The notes: generated by a model not told the origin, from the sequence alone. Counted from the whole stretch's first letter, positions 25,301 through 39,165 are shown. The stretch is 61,936 nt of DNA, filler included, from Sluysia triapertura (GCA_046118255.1; 5 parts of 5 records of this genome joined end to end with filler, not necessarily neighbours in it), one strand, 5' to 3'. Translations and numbers: made by a program.

Positions 25301-26526
25301 GTTTTCTATTTTCTTTTTATTTGAGTTTATTTTTAGTTTTAGCCAATTATAGGCTTTATGTAAGTATTAATTTTTATTGATTAATTTATTTTTAGATAAC
25401 TATCATTATATTTTAACCAATTAGAAGTACATCATCATAGCTGAAAAAGATGTATTGTAATTGACTTGGCAGCCATTGTTATGTTTTATTTAGTGTATAA
25501 CTAAGACCTGGAGGCCATATTAGATTATTATTATTATTAAATAGTTATTATTATTATATTATCACTAAAATAGATTGGTTATACATGAATATCCTTTTAT
25601 ATGAGCTTTCAATAATTCTTTTCTAATTCATTAACGGATTTTACACATTTTTTCTCAATTTCTTTTTGAGTATTTTCAGCCTTAATTTAGAGTTAGGTTT
25701 CGAATCAGAATTTTTAGTTGTGATATCTTGAATGAGAGAGACGGGCACACATTTGAGCCAATAAGCGTGAGTATAACTAACACGGGTGGAAATTTAAATG
25801 CTTGTGTATTTTGTTTAATGTTTTGTGTAACTGTATGTGTGCCATTTTTCTTGAACAACTTTTATCCGATATTATCTTTATTGCAATTATTATTATTATT
25901 ATTGTTATTATCACTAATTATATTATTAACAATTATTATAAATTTTATAATTTTTAGTAATTTTATTTATTTCTATGATTTTTTTTCATTTTAAATTATT
26001 AATTCCATTAATAATTTTTATTATTAATTTAATTTTCATTTTTGAATTAATTTTTATTTTTAATTTAATTTTTGTTTCAGACCAGACACATGATTTCATT
26101 TGTAGGTCGCTTTGATTCAACAACATAATCCGAATAGGTTTTAACTAAATATTTGAATATATATATCCTTAATTTTAAGAACCCTAACAGAATATGAAAC
26201 TTTGCTAACTTTGAATTTGAAAAATAGTAAAACTATTACTTCAGGTACGTGTTCTGTTACATAAATTGTTTAAGAAATGTCCTAAATTTTTTTCTCTTGC
26301 ACAATAATACGAAAGCACTTTTCAAAAAAACGAGGAAAGCATTGATATAAATATAATGAAAATAAAATCTTAGCTCATCATGTGTAGAGCCATACCTTGG
26401 CATCGCCATAATTTTATGTTTATAGATTAAAGTATAATGATTCTTTAAATTAAAATTTTAATCAAAGTATTACAAATTTTTGCCCTCAAAAAATATTGCA
26501 AAAATACTAATATTATATTTCTTTAA

Positions 26527-26782
26527 CCGTTTGAGTGCGGGAGAATTTTCTTATGCAAATGCTAAAAGTCCAGGATGAAATACTTAGTATTTTGGCGGGG
26601 AAACAATGAAAATGGCTATAATTAACACTAATTGTTATGTAATTTTGATCAAAAAAATTTTTATTTTCACTTATTACAAAAATGTTTTGCTGCACAAATT
26701 TCATGAACTCCTTTTTTACCAACAGCAACATCTTCGCATTATCGATACAAAACAAGAAACGCGCTGCGCTGGACTCAAACAG
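26527..26782. mobile_element. piggyBac-type MITE
   Basis: TTAA|CCGTTTGAGTGCGG ... CTGGACTCAAACAG|TTAA (11/14 TIR match, TTAA TSD). Confidence 0.75.
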
Positions 26783-27151
26783 TTAAATAAACTGTTCATA
26801 AAATGCAAATTTAGATAAAGTTTTAAAATAATGTTTTTATTGATTTATTGTCATTATACAAATTTAATATCAATTTTCAAAACTTTTAGAATTTAGCAGA
26901 AAACTATGTAGTAATAAAACATTTAATTTTATAAAAGTACAGTTGTTTTCAATATTTTTAAATCATAAAATACACATATTGCTTTTTATACATCATCTAT
27001 AATTTCTAATGAAGTTTGAAAGTATATCTAAATTTTTCACTAGATTGAACTATTATTTACTTAATGATATAATTAAGCAACATTTTTGTGGTAGTGACTT
27101 AATTAATTTTAAATGTTTTATCCGTCACGGCTGAGTCTTTAAAATAATTAT

Positions 27152-27153
27152 AC

Positions 27154-27217
<64 letters not shown>
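27152..27217. repeat. (AAT)n microsatellite at contig end
   Basis: Perfect AAT run abutting the gap; similar runs at 6871, 29322, 53470, 54392 and 60830. Confidence 0.95.
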
Positions 27218-27317
27218 NNNNNNNNNNNNNNNNNNNNNNNNNNNNNNNNNNNNNNNNNNNNTTAATTAATTAANNNNNNNNNNNNNNNNNNNNNNNNNNN
27301 NNNNNNNNNNNNNNNNN
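27218..27317. other. Assembly spacer N44-TTAATTAATTAA-N44
   Basis: Same 100-bp structure. Confidence 0.97.
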
Positions 27318-28127
27318 TATATAACATTCATTCTAAAAGCGCACACAATTTAAAAATTTTGTTTAAAAGTCATATACTTCAACAATTTGAAACTCTGCTT
27401 CAAAGATTTAAATACTCCAACAATTCGAAATTCTTTTTAAAAGTTCTATATATTCCACAAATTGGAAATTCTATTTAGAAGTTTTATCTGCTTATACAAT
27501 TCGGAAATTATCCTTGCTTAGAATTTTCTTGCTTTCGTTAGTTTAATATTACTTTTTAATAGAAGTTTGCAAAATATAACTTAATTTATTTTTAAATAAA
27601 TTTTATTGACAACCCTTTTTAATAGGAGTGGTAACGTTTCATTAAAATATTAATTTTTTGGATTATAAAATAATCTTATTAAATCCTGTATTTGCATATA
27701 TATAAAGTATTTATCGAATTGTATTAGATATTGTAATTTTTATAATATATTTTTGAAACATTATTCTAGAAAGACTTATTCCTCTAAAATAAGGCCACCG
27801 ATTTTACTCGGTTGTAAAATCAATTTAAACATTATCCGAACAAGATTAATAAGGTTACCATTTTTGAAAAACGTAGTAAAGTAGTACTCAAAATAAAATT
27901 TGTGATTTAAATTAAATTTTAGAGAAATATCACATAAAATATCAAAAATTTAGCATATAAAGAAGTTTTCTGAAAATGTACATTTACTCTTTTGCTCCTC
28001 CAAATAAGTTCTTCTAAAATTACTACTTACAACTTAGCTCTTAGATGAATAAGACTTAGATTGTAAGGAACTCACAGCATAAGCAAAATAAACAATTTGA
28101 GCTTTAGTCTTAGCACTTTTGTTAGAT

Positions 28128-28964
28128 TGTCACCGCAACCTTTAAAATTATGTAAAACATCATTAAAAAATTTTTAAATTCATTTTAAAAATATTTAAAG
28201 CTTCTAAATAACTAAAAAATATTATTTTCCAAAAAAAATAAAAATTCCAAAAATGAAAATAAGCTTCTAAAAATAGATTAAAAACTTCTAGAATGATCTA
28301 GAACATTCCATCGATTTCTATTGGCTGATGACTATGTATAAACTAGCATCAGTTCAATTTTCAATAATACTTTTCAATTCATTTTAATCACAAGTTATAA
28401 TTCGCCATTTTGATACAAAGAAAATTATTTAGTTTTACAATACCCATCGACGTGGTTTATTTGTCGGTGACGAACAATTTCCGGAATTTGTTTTAGATAT
28501 TTTGAATTAGTATTTCATAAGCTTTATTTTTATAAGGAAGTTTCAAACTAAAAAATTTGAAACATAAAATCCAGGTAAATTCAATTAAGGCTCTATCAAA
28601 ACCCCGATCTAATGAGGGGAACGTTTTTATAACAGTAAAATTAAAGATCCACAGGATTTTGATTATAAATTTATCGACATTATTATAACTGAGTTTCATA
28701 ATTCTTTTCTACTCCATTAAATAATTAATTTAATTGAGACATATTCTTTAGTTTACTTATATTAATTATATACTTGCATAGATTGATAATTAAATAATTA
28801 AAGAAACCCTCCAATTTAATTAATAGATTAAGTTCTTTAGCATTAGAATTAACTTGTGTTAGTTAAAGAGACGTCATCTTTATGGCATAAGACGTTTACT
28901 GTGACCGGACTCTACTCAGTTTTATTTTGTCGTGGGGTAATAAGAAAAACTGCAGCATTTTACA
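28128..28964 (+). mobile_element. LTR-like family B, apparently full-length (about 0.84 kb)
   Basis: TGTCACCGCAAC...TTTTACA, internal ATTGG and TATAAA; flanks AGAT/ATAT; right end uncertain by about 10 bp. Confidence 0.6.
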
Positions 28965-28984
28965 ATATTACGTGGCTAAAGAAG

Positions 28985-29067
28985 ATCATTACAATCATTT
29001 TGAGTTCATCATTACAATCATTTTGAGTTCATCATTACAATCATTTTGAGTTCATCATTACAATCAT
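28985..29067. repeat. 23-bp tandem repeat, about 3.5 copies
   Basis: ATCATTACAATCATTTTGAGTTC repeated perfectly. Confidence 0.9.
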
Positions 29068-29321
29068 CATTGCACCTGGTATGGGGTAAGCTTTCTTAAT
29101 TCCCGTTCTTCTTATGTCTTCAATAATAACTCAAGTTTACAATTCCTATTTTCAATTTGAAATTCAAATACTTTAAATATTTTAAAAATAATAATTTAAT
29201 AATATATTTATTAAATGAAATTAATCAAGAATTTATAAATAAGTATTTTTCAAAAAAATCCAGATAAACGAAAAAATCAATTTACAGGCACCTTAATAAA
29301 AATCTCCCCAAAAATTTATTC

Positions 29322-29379
<58 letters not shown>

Positions 29380-29719
29380 GAATAATAACAAAATAAGAAT
29401 AATAAAAAATTTATCATAATCATAGTTTTCATTTCAATACTCTGCTTAATATTATTATATTTAGTGTTTTACTCTTTAGTTGTTTGTTAATTAGGATACA
29501 AAAGGTTAATAGTTTATTGATTTGATTGAACAACATTAATTTATAAAAAATTAATTAAATTTATAAACTTTTAGGACACTTATCTTTATCAAAGTGGACT
29601 TAAAGTCCTTGATAATATAAATCGAACAAAAAAACCCAAAAAGTCCTATGTATTATAAGAAATGGCAAAATAACAATAATAAGACGAAAATAATAGATAA
29701 AATAACAAACAATGTTCAT

Positions 29720-30640
29720 TTGATAATATGAGACCACGGCCAACATGGAAAATCAAACTTCGGCAATCAGCGATGTCTCTAGCAACACAGCATATAGGTT
29801 CCGATGTATTCTCTGTGCGATTCTCTGTGTCATGAACACCCTTCGATAATATTTAACGCATCTATACAAAAGCTCAAAAATTTAAACGACTCTAAATAAA
29901 ACTTAATCATATCGTGTCCTTTAACTGGCATCATTAACCGTCCAAAAATTTGTTTCGTTTTCTTTCTAAACTTCACAACCATATACTCTTTTAGTCTTTA
30001 ATTCACGTGAATCTAAATTTAAAATATCAACTAGTATTAGTGTTTCACTTTTTTACAGGCAGTACTGCTATCGACATAGGACTCTTATTAAAATTATTTA
30101 ATTTAGTGTCGGACGTTTTGTTACACATTTTGCAACGAACTTTACACATTTTATTCTATAACTCTTTGTCTGAAACTTTTGAAGAAACACGGAAATTCAG
30201 TAAGTAAATACACTTTGAGAACGTTCATTATAATATTTTAAATTATCGTAATGTTTTAAATTATCTTGCAAATTAAGAAACTTGCTGCATTTAACTTGAT
30301 TATTTAACGTACAACAAATATAATCAACAGTTTTGCAAAACACTCCTCAATCTGGTTGAGAACAATTTTCAAATTTACTGATATCTCTAAAAATATTTTG
30401 AATTCGTCTTGAATCCTTCACGGATTCAATTTTGAGAAAAGTTTAGTCTCTAAAAAAATCTTCGCTGAGAAATGTTTCATCTCTATCGACGTTATTTCTG
30501 AGAAATGTCTCATCTCTAACAACATCGTAATATATTCTAAATTTATTTAAAACTTGCATATGGAAACTCATAATATTTGAAATTAAAGTCTCAATAGCTT
30601 TCATGTGAAAATACACCATCTGAGTAGTAATATAAATATT
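29720..30640 (-). pseudogene. Possible decayed IAP-like (BIR plus RING) coding remnant
   Basis: LKYYNERSQSVF..VSDKEL..KVRCKMCNKT..KSPM..ACKKV, and downstream PICCV..FPC, read across frameshifts. Confidence 0.3.
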
Positions 30641-31429
30641 TGTTTATTTTTAGAAAATTCAAAAATATCATAATAAAGTATAAGAAAATATATAGTAAAA
30701 TAATGTATAATTATAAAATTAAATTGTATAATTTTTTAATATTAAAAATTAAAATTAAAAATAAATTATAAGAAAAATAATATAAGAAAAATAATTAAAA
30801 TAACATATAGTTATAAAAATAACACTAACTATATTAATTAATATAATTTTTTTAATTAATGTATAATTTTTAATTAAAATATATTTTTTATTTTCCATTA
30901 ATATATAATTTTTAATTAAAAAACAATTTTTAGTGAAAATATAATTTTAAACAAAAAGATAATCTATACTAAAAACATTCATTTCTTACGTAGAATATGG
31001 AGTCCTGACTGTTCAATACTGGAAATTGTGCTATAATTGTTGGTGCATGAGTAAAAATAAAAAAATATAACTGATAATGGTGATTAAGAGGACTCATACA
31101 ACAAAAAGCATAATATTAACATATTTGGTCATTACAATTTGATCTAATTGATTTGATTTTATTATAAGATTTTGTGATTTGAAGATTTATAATTCATGAT
31201 TTGAATTGAGTACAATGAATTAATAATGTCTGACGTTCATTTGGTATAATATAATTACTGATAAATTTAACAGTTAATAACTTAAATATATTTTAGTGTA
31301 AGATTTTTTTATTGCGTGCGTTGAAGTAGTGATAGGTAGAAAATATTTTATATGTAGGTTATGTACGGCTTGAATTATGACTTGTACGAATTTATGTATG
31401 AGAACGACGATGAATTTATAGTGCATGGT

Positions 31430-32749
31430 TGAAACACTGCACTTTACAATACGATTATGTTTTAATTTTTTTAAATATCTTCCAGTCACTCTCAAACTCA
31501 CAATCAGGAATTATTCTTACACAAATTAAAACCTCTTTCAAAGATTAACCCGACTAAAACTATGACATTTACATAGTATGACCTGTCAAGCAAAACATAA
31601 AATTTCGATTAACAATCAACTCTTATTTTTTCTTCTACTCTACTCGATCTATCTTTTCATGAACTACTTCTTACATTAAAATAACAATTATTATTATTAT
31701 TATTATTGTTATTATTATTATTGACATACTTAAAAATGATGAATGTAACTTTTGTTTTACAGTTTAATTAATTTTAAATTCCTCATACTTAAGTTTGTAA
31801 TGGAAAATGTTTAAGGTTCTCATACCCAAACAAACCATTTCGCAAACATCATTTCAACATTATTTTCGGATTCTCCTATTTAATAACAATCACTAAATGC
31901 CCAATTCATCATCTTTTCATCATTCTAAATATAAACATTTCAGTATTTTTTAATTAAAAATTTATTAAAATTCGACTTTGTTCAATATGGAGGCTTTTCT
32001 TATCTTATCGAAAGATCTCTTTAAAACACAAAATGCACAATTACAATTCCAACATAGCATTCCTCATTCAAAAGTTATTCACAAAAACGCACTTTTTCTT
32101 AATTAAGTTAATTAAGATTTTAATTAATTAATTATTTATTTTAACTTAATTTTTTTTAACTTATTCTAAGTTTAAAGGTTTTATTATGGTTATAAAGTTT
32201 TTAAATAATTTTCATGTTTTTATCTTCACCACTGTGATTGATTTTTCTACTTTTTTATTTTAATTATTAATGTATCAAGTTTATCCATGATTTTAATCCT
32301 TGAAAATTTTAAAGGTTTCAAAGATACTCGAAGGTCTCAAAAGTTTATTAAGGCCTCGAAAGTCTCAAAAGTTTATTAAGGTCTCGAAAGTCTCAAAAGT
32401 TTATTAAGGTCTCGAAAGTCTCAAAAGTTTATTAAGGTCTCGAAAGTCTTCAACGTTTCAAAAAGATCAAAAAGGTCTCAAATATTCCTCACACTTCAAT
32501 ATATCTTTCCAAGCCTTACTTAAATCTTCGTAAGGGTCTCAAAACCGTATAAGAGTCTTTGGAGCTCCAAGGTGTTCTTCGTTTTATAAAATGATTTTAA
32601 ACATTTTATTGTTCACTATTCTTGTACTAGGAATATTTAATCATGTTTATATTATCATATTTAAGATATTTCCAATCACTTTTACATATATATTTAAATT
32701 CTCTTACCTTTTAATCCATTTTCTACACACTAACTGGACAATCCTAACA
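31430..32749 (-). mobile_element. LTR-like family A copy
   Basis: Reverse complement closely follows 6021-7190; ends CTGGACAATCCTAACA. Confidence 0.85.
32332..32448. repeat. 28-bp tandem repeat, about 4 copies, inside a family A copy
   Basis: AAGGTCTCGAAAGTCTCAAAAGTTTATT units. Confidence 0.9.
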
Positions 32750-32764
32750 ATTCGTCAAAGCATG

Positions 32765-33305
32765 CTTTTCCTAAATTAAGTTAATTAAGATTTTAATTAA
32801 TTAATCAATTTCTAGACTTAATCGTACTTTATGCTTAAATGTTGGATTAAAGTTTTAAAATTGTTGAATTCTTCGTAAGGCCCTCAGGGGCTCTAGACTG
32901 TTCCGTCTTAACCACTCAATCACTTTGTCTTTCTTTATGTTAATTATTAATACATCAAATTTAACTTTAATATTAGTTACAATGATTTTATCAATTGAAT
33001 ATTCTTAAGATCTCAATACCTCATGAGATCACTAATGAAGATTTCAAAAATCCTCAAATATTTATTAGATCTTAAATGGCCTGAGGGTCCGCAAGTTCAA
33101 AGGTACTTTAATGCTTCGAAATGTTTTCCAAAGCTTCTTAAATGATCTCAAAATCTTACAAAGGCCTTTAGAATTTCAAAGTATTCTTTATTTGTCAACA
33201 CGACTATATTTGTTTTCATCCTCACCATTCTTAATCGAACAAATTTTTATTGTTTTATCCATCGTTTTATATCATTTCTCATCCAGAACGTGGGTAATCC
33301 CAACA
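32765..33305 (-). mobile_element. Family A partial copy
   Basis: Ends GGGTAATCCCAACA; carries the TTAAGTTAATTAAGATTTTAATTAA core. Confidence 0.75.
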
Positions 33306-33309
33306 AAGA

Positions 33310-34000
33310 GTTAATAGAAGATAATAAACAAAACATAATAAAACATAATGAAGATCAAAATACCTAAAATCATTTTAGGCATCACATAATACCTTAGAGA
33401 TTTTGAAGACTTTTGAATTGTTGTGAGATATTTGAAAGAAAGTGAGACTACCTTAAAAGTTTTTTGAAGTATTAAGGTACTCTTTAATTTGTAGAATTTG
33501 ATATCATTTAAGAATTGGCGAACTTTAAAGAATTGATAAGAGTTTAAAACCATCTTGTAACCTTGTGAAATAAAATTGTTGTTAGTGATAAAAAGACAAA
33601 TTTGATAACATAATAATTACCATAGGTGGACAGGAAAAGCAGTCGATGTGATTAAAGTAAAAAGATTTAAAACCACTGATACCTTATGAAGCACAAAATC
33701 ATTTTCGAACAATGAAAATACTGTTAAGCATAAAATAGGATAAATTCTAAATATAGATTAATTAATTAAAATCTTACTAAACTTAATTAAGAAAAGGTAT
33801 GATACTTCAAATAACGTTTGAATGCGGAATGCTACGATAAGTCGTAACTATATAAGTTTTTTAAGTCATTTCGATAAAAATGTATTGTAACTGAGTCCGT
33901 GAAAGAAAAAATTAATATTGAGAAAAGGCATATTTTAATTAATTCTCAAACGTAAACTATTAATTTTTTAAATTTAGAATGTTGAAATGATTCTTATGAA
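33310..34000 (+). mobile_element. Family A partial copy, head-to-head with the previous one
   Basis: Matches about 6130-6760, including AATTAAAATCTTACTAAACTTAATTAAG and GAATGCGGAATGCTA. Confidence 0.7.
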
Positions 34001-35064
34001 AGAGGATAATTTACACTAGAATCAATCGATATAATTATTTAGTTTTATTTTGGTTACTTTAATTTGATATTTTTTGGACATTACAGTTTTGGCTGTGTTA
34101 CCATTCGTTAATTGCGCAATCTTATGCTATTAGTGCTCTAAAAAGTTAATTGTTATTTATGTTGGGTTTAAGCAATGGTGGAGCACTTATTAATACTATT
34201 ATTTGTAGAATAAAAACAAAAAGTATTTTTGAAAGAATAAAGTAAAATATCATGATAAGCTGTGTTTGTTAATTGTATATATTTATAAAAACTTTGAAAT
34301 TAGCAAAGCGAAAGACAGATATGAAGGGGGAACCCTTGAAAGGTTTTACTCTTTTATTTAATTTATTAAGTACTCTTTTACATTTATTAATTAATTTAAA
34401 TAAAAATTGTTTTGCTTAATAATTTTGTGAAAAATATCTATGTACGAGAAAATAACATGAAATAAAGTATAAGAAATAAAGTATAAGATGTTGCGAAACA
34501 CGCAGAAGCAGATAAATTAAAATTAATTAAGTTCCTTTAATGTAAAGTTAAATTTGTGTAAATGCGTTGAGTTCTTCATACTTTTATTTTTAAATATCAA
34601 ATTATAATTCAATAACTAAACAAATTTTCTAAAATATTACTTATTGTACAATAAAATTCTTTTATAATAATACATCTATTTTATATAAATAAAACTAATT
34701 ATTCTTTTAATAACAAATGTCTTTTATTATCAACTTCAAAGTTATAAATCTCTAAATATTAAAAATCACAACACTAAAAAATAACAAATAAAAAAGCAAA
34801 TTACTAACCATTTTTTCAGATCCTCATAATACTTATTTTAGTCCGTTGCTGAAGAATAAGCCTCAGTTTCATTGTTTTCCGCAAATGAACTGAGGCAGCG
34901 TCCATAAAGCTAAAAAGTGTTCAGTTTCTTCTTTGTTTTTCCTTGATTTTATGTTCTAATTTTTCTGCAAGAAATGACTGCTTATATAACAGCTTAACAA
35001 TCATTTGAGAGATTGGAAACTGGACAAGACGGAAATTAAACTATTCATTTTTTAGTCGAATTTT

Positions 35065-35730
35065 AATGATTAAATTCCAACAGTAATTTCCTCCAGTACC
35101 CAATTTCATTATCTTTTTAATTATATAAAGATAATGGGATTCGTGATAAACAAACCTCTTATCTTTTCAACATCATTAAATTATATAGCTATTATTATAT
35201 AGCTATTCTATCAATGTGCTATTTATTATCTTAAATTAAGGATAATATTAATGAAATAATAAATTTATTTTTCATAGAAATCAAGTTCAACAAATATTTG
35301 AACTGATATCTTCACGGGTATCAATTTGATATATACTTTACTTATACTTAAACAACAAAACTTTATCTTAATTCCTCAATGATTTCTATTTTATTCTGTT
35401 ATCTATTATCTATTATATATATCAAATTAATTCTTATTAAGGTATCAGTTGAGACACATTTTTGAAGTAGATGCGTAACGTGCGTTTAATGTATGACATA
35501 TTGCATTAAAAATTTTCATTGAAACTAAATTTGTTGTTTAATTAATTTTATGTTTTTATAAGTTAATGTATTATTTGAATAGTACACGTTATTGTGATAA
35601 TGATGTTAAATCTTGATTTTGATTTTGTTATGTTAATAAGATAAGGGGATTGTTTGTCACAACTGCTGAGAGATGATAAATTGGAAGTCGACGGAAATTA
35701 TCGTCAAAATTTAATTGTTGAATTTGGTCG
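35065..35730. repeat. Two diverged head-to-head copies of a third TG-initiated repeat
   Basis: TGTTGAAAAGATAAGAGGTTTGTTTATCAC (minus, from 35172) versus TGTTAATAAGATAAGGGGATTGTTTGTCAC (plus, from 35631). Confidence 0.55.
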
Positions 35731-36719
35731 ACTGTTAATCGATTCAAATGAGAAAGCAATTATGCAAAGTAATTACTTATTTACCTCGCATTTCTAATCT
35801 CCTCAGAAATTATCCTTCGCATTTTTATCAAATGTGCAGAATAAATAAGCAACTAAATGTCAGTAGATGTAAAATGTTGTAAAATTGTATCTGAAGTTTC
35901 ATATTTAGTAATTCGACTAAGCCCTAAAGTGATATTTTTTCGTATTATTATTAGTTCTTTATTATTATTAGTTTGACCGCGTTCTTATTATATATTTCGT
36001 TTATTGTGTCACCTCTGTATTTTGAATATTTTATTTGTTAACTGATTGTATAAATACATTGATTTATAATTGATAATAATCATTATTTCTGTGATTTAAG
36101 AATAGTTTTTAATTTACATTTGTTTTATTGAAAATATGTCGATTTAATTATTGAGTTATTGTTGTTAATTTCAAATAAACATTTCTTGGTTTTTCTACTT
36201 ATTTGGGATATTTAATTTTTACTCTTGATAATTGATATTTATTGAGTTAATATATGTTTATTGCAATAATTGTTAAATTATGATATAGATAATATATGTG
36301 AAGTAAATATTGTATTGATTTTCTGAGTTTAATAGATGCGACAGAGTGGAAAAACTCAATATTGATTGGATAATGACATAAAGTACAAAAAGGAGTAGTT
36401 ATAAAACTTCTCTCGTAGTACACACTCACACAAAAACAAAGATTTTCAGCAGAAGAAGATCCATGAATATTGCTTTATTTAATTTTATATTATTTCTTTC
36501 CAAACATTGATAAATTTAGGGTTATATTTCGTCTAAAATCACTGAGCTGCTTGCTATGCGTTCTTCTGATATAACTCATAGATCGTTACTATTTTTGTTG
36601 TGTCATCTCTGGCCTATTTATTTATGTAATTTTATGTTAATAGTGCTCTATAAAGTTGCTTGTTAACGTTTGTTTGATTTGTAATTTAATATTTAATGGT
36701 TGTTGCATTTATTTGGTAC

Positions 36720-37965
36720 TGTTGGTATTACCTAACTGTTGAATAGAATATGGGTAAAGAAGATCTGAAAATGATAGATGTAAGAAGAATTAATACAAAA
36801 TGATGCGCATAAAAGTTGAAACATTATTGGAACAAAAAATGATAAAAATGAAAACCTATATGAACACTTTGAATACCTTGAATTCCAAAGGTTTTATGGG
36901 TTGTTGGGACCTTTGAGGAGGCTTGAAATGGTTCGAAAAACGTTTTGGAGCATAAAATCTGAGACTTTTTTGAAACTTATTCAACCTTTGAGAATCTTTG
37001 ATATTTCGATAAGCATTTGAGACCTTTTAGTAATCTTTTAAAGTTTTTGAAATTTTTAATATATTTGAAAAATAGAATTATTGTTACAAATATTTAGAAT
37101 AAACTTGAAACATTAATAAATAACATAAAGAAGTAGAAAAAGGAATCAGATTGATGAAGACAGAAGCATTTGGAAACTTCTTATTGCCTTATAAAAACCT
37201 TAATAAAACCTATAAATATAAAGTAGCGCTAAGTTCAAAAATAGAATAATTAAGCAAAATCTTAATTAACTTAAGAAAAAAATATGTTTTTATGAATTAT
37301 GTTTGAATTCGACTTGCTGTATTAAAGTTTTAAGGTTTTAATATATGTTTTTGTTTTAAAAATATTTTTCAATGAAGATATGGTTTGACCGAGTTCGTGC
37401 AAGAAATGCCTTAATATTGAGATAAGTTAAATTTTATTTAATTCTCAATTATGGAATGTTAAATTTTTAAAATTTAAAATAATGACAGGATAATGATTGG
37501 AATGCGAGATGATTCCTATGAAACAGGAGAATCCAAATCTGAGTTTAAAATAGAACAATCTGTTTGAAAATAAGAACTTTAAACAATTTCATTTAAAAAA
37601 TTTGGTGTGAAAAAATGAAAATCAGTTTGATTATAAAAACTAAAATTAAATTCATTATTTTTATCTATGTTAACAGTACTGGTGATTATTATTTTAATGT
37701 GGGAAGTAATTTAAATAAAAAACGATCTAATGGAGAAAAAGAAAATTATAGTTGATCATTAATCAAATTTTTGAGTTCTCTACCTAATAAAGTCTAACTG
37801 ACATATCATGTAGTTTTCAAAGCTGTTATTATCGGTTTAATTATTAAAGAAAATTCTGATAATATGTATAAGAGCATGCTTGATTGGAAAACTCAAGAAG
37901 GATTGGATAATGAGAAAATGTAAAAGGAAATAGTTAAAAACATTACAATACAATTTATATGTTGG
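36720..37965 (+). mobile_element. LTR-like family A copy
   Basis: Starts TGTTGGTATTACC; colinear with 6021-7190. Confidence 0.8.
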
Positions 37966-38126
37966 AGTTGTCTAAAGATAAACATGTTGTAAAGACATTG
38001 CAGTTTGCAGATAAAGGGATCAATATTTTCTAAAGTTTTACAAAAATATATAAATATATTTATTAAACAATTTAATTAAAATTTTTTGAAAATCATATTT
38101 TATCAGTAACTCTTGAATGTGTTTGT

Positions 38127-38280
38127 ATTGCGTCTTTGAAATTATTACTAACAATAAATCAATATCAGTTTAATTTACTTAAATAGAATCTCAATAAATT
38201 CAATACTCACTAGATCAAGTATAAATTATCACAAATTTTCTTATTTTAATGATATTTATTCAACCTAAAAATTACGTTCT
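38127..38280 (-). mobile_element. Family A terminal fragment, inverted
   Basis: Reverse complement matches parts of 7235-7320 and 7530-7576. Confidence 0.65.
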
Positions 38281-39065
38281 TCAATTCAAATTAATAACAA
38301 TAACTCAATAATATAATAATTACAAAATCAAATACAAGAAAGTTATACGTTTCTGCTTTAACAATAATACATGTGAATTAAACAAAAAATGACTAAATTT
38401 CAAAATCAACAATAATATTTATGACAATATTAAGACTACAATAATCTATCCAAAAAAATCAGAGGTGATGCAACAAAAATTAAATTATCAATATCTAAAA
38501 AAATCAGAATAATAATATTTAAATATTTTAGGATAATTTTATTTTTACTTAATAACAGTTGATATCATAAAACAATTTGGGCAGGAATCCTCCCAAAAAT
38601 TAATTTATCAATATTTATTCTCAATTATTTCATTACCATTTTTTATCATTTCATTATCATTATTCTTTATTGTTTTCATATCATTATTTTCTATTGTATT
38701 ATATTCAATTTAAGTTAATATATTATTTTATGAATAAGTATTATTATAACTGTTGTGTTTGCTCAACCGTGTATCATAAGATGAGTGAGAAACGTATAGA
38801 ACTGTAAAATGAAGAAAGAACTGATACATAGCGATGGATTGTGTTGGGATTAGTGAAGGATAAGGGTTGATATAAGGGTCAAAACTTAGGACAACAGAAT
38901 AACTTGAACGTTATTAAATAACTAAGATAAGGTAAAAGTAGGATAAGATTATAAAATACTTAAATCAAGATAAATTAATGAAAAATATGAAGAAATAACC
39001 CTTTACAAGGTTTTATCTGTTAAAATATTAAAGTACATTTGTTAATTAATTTAATTATAATTTGT

Positions 39066-39165
39066 NNNNNNNNNNNNNNNNNNNNNNNNNNNNNNNNNNN
39101 NNNNNNNNNTTAATTAATTAANNNNNNNNNNNNNNNNNNNNNNNNNNNNNNNNNNNNNNNNNNNN
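39066..39165. other. Assembly spacer N44-TTAATTAATTAA-N44
   Basis: Same structure; separate 150-N gaps occur at 39393-39542 and 46344-46493. Confidence 0.97.

Noticed and set aside
26081-26128. Strong acceptor TTTCAG followed by a short frame
   Set aside because: No recognisable protein and no CAP motif; cannot be supported as an exon.
28985-29067. CRISPR-like repeats (also 14720-14812 and 32332-32448)
   Set aside because: Head-to-tail tandems without spacers, no cas genes, eukaryotic context.
30994-31050. Candidate CAP exon 2 (IWSPD)
   Set aside because: Wrong phase for the 19490 donor, early stop, and beyond an assembly spacer.
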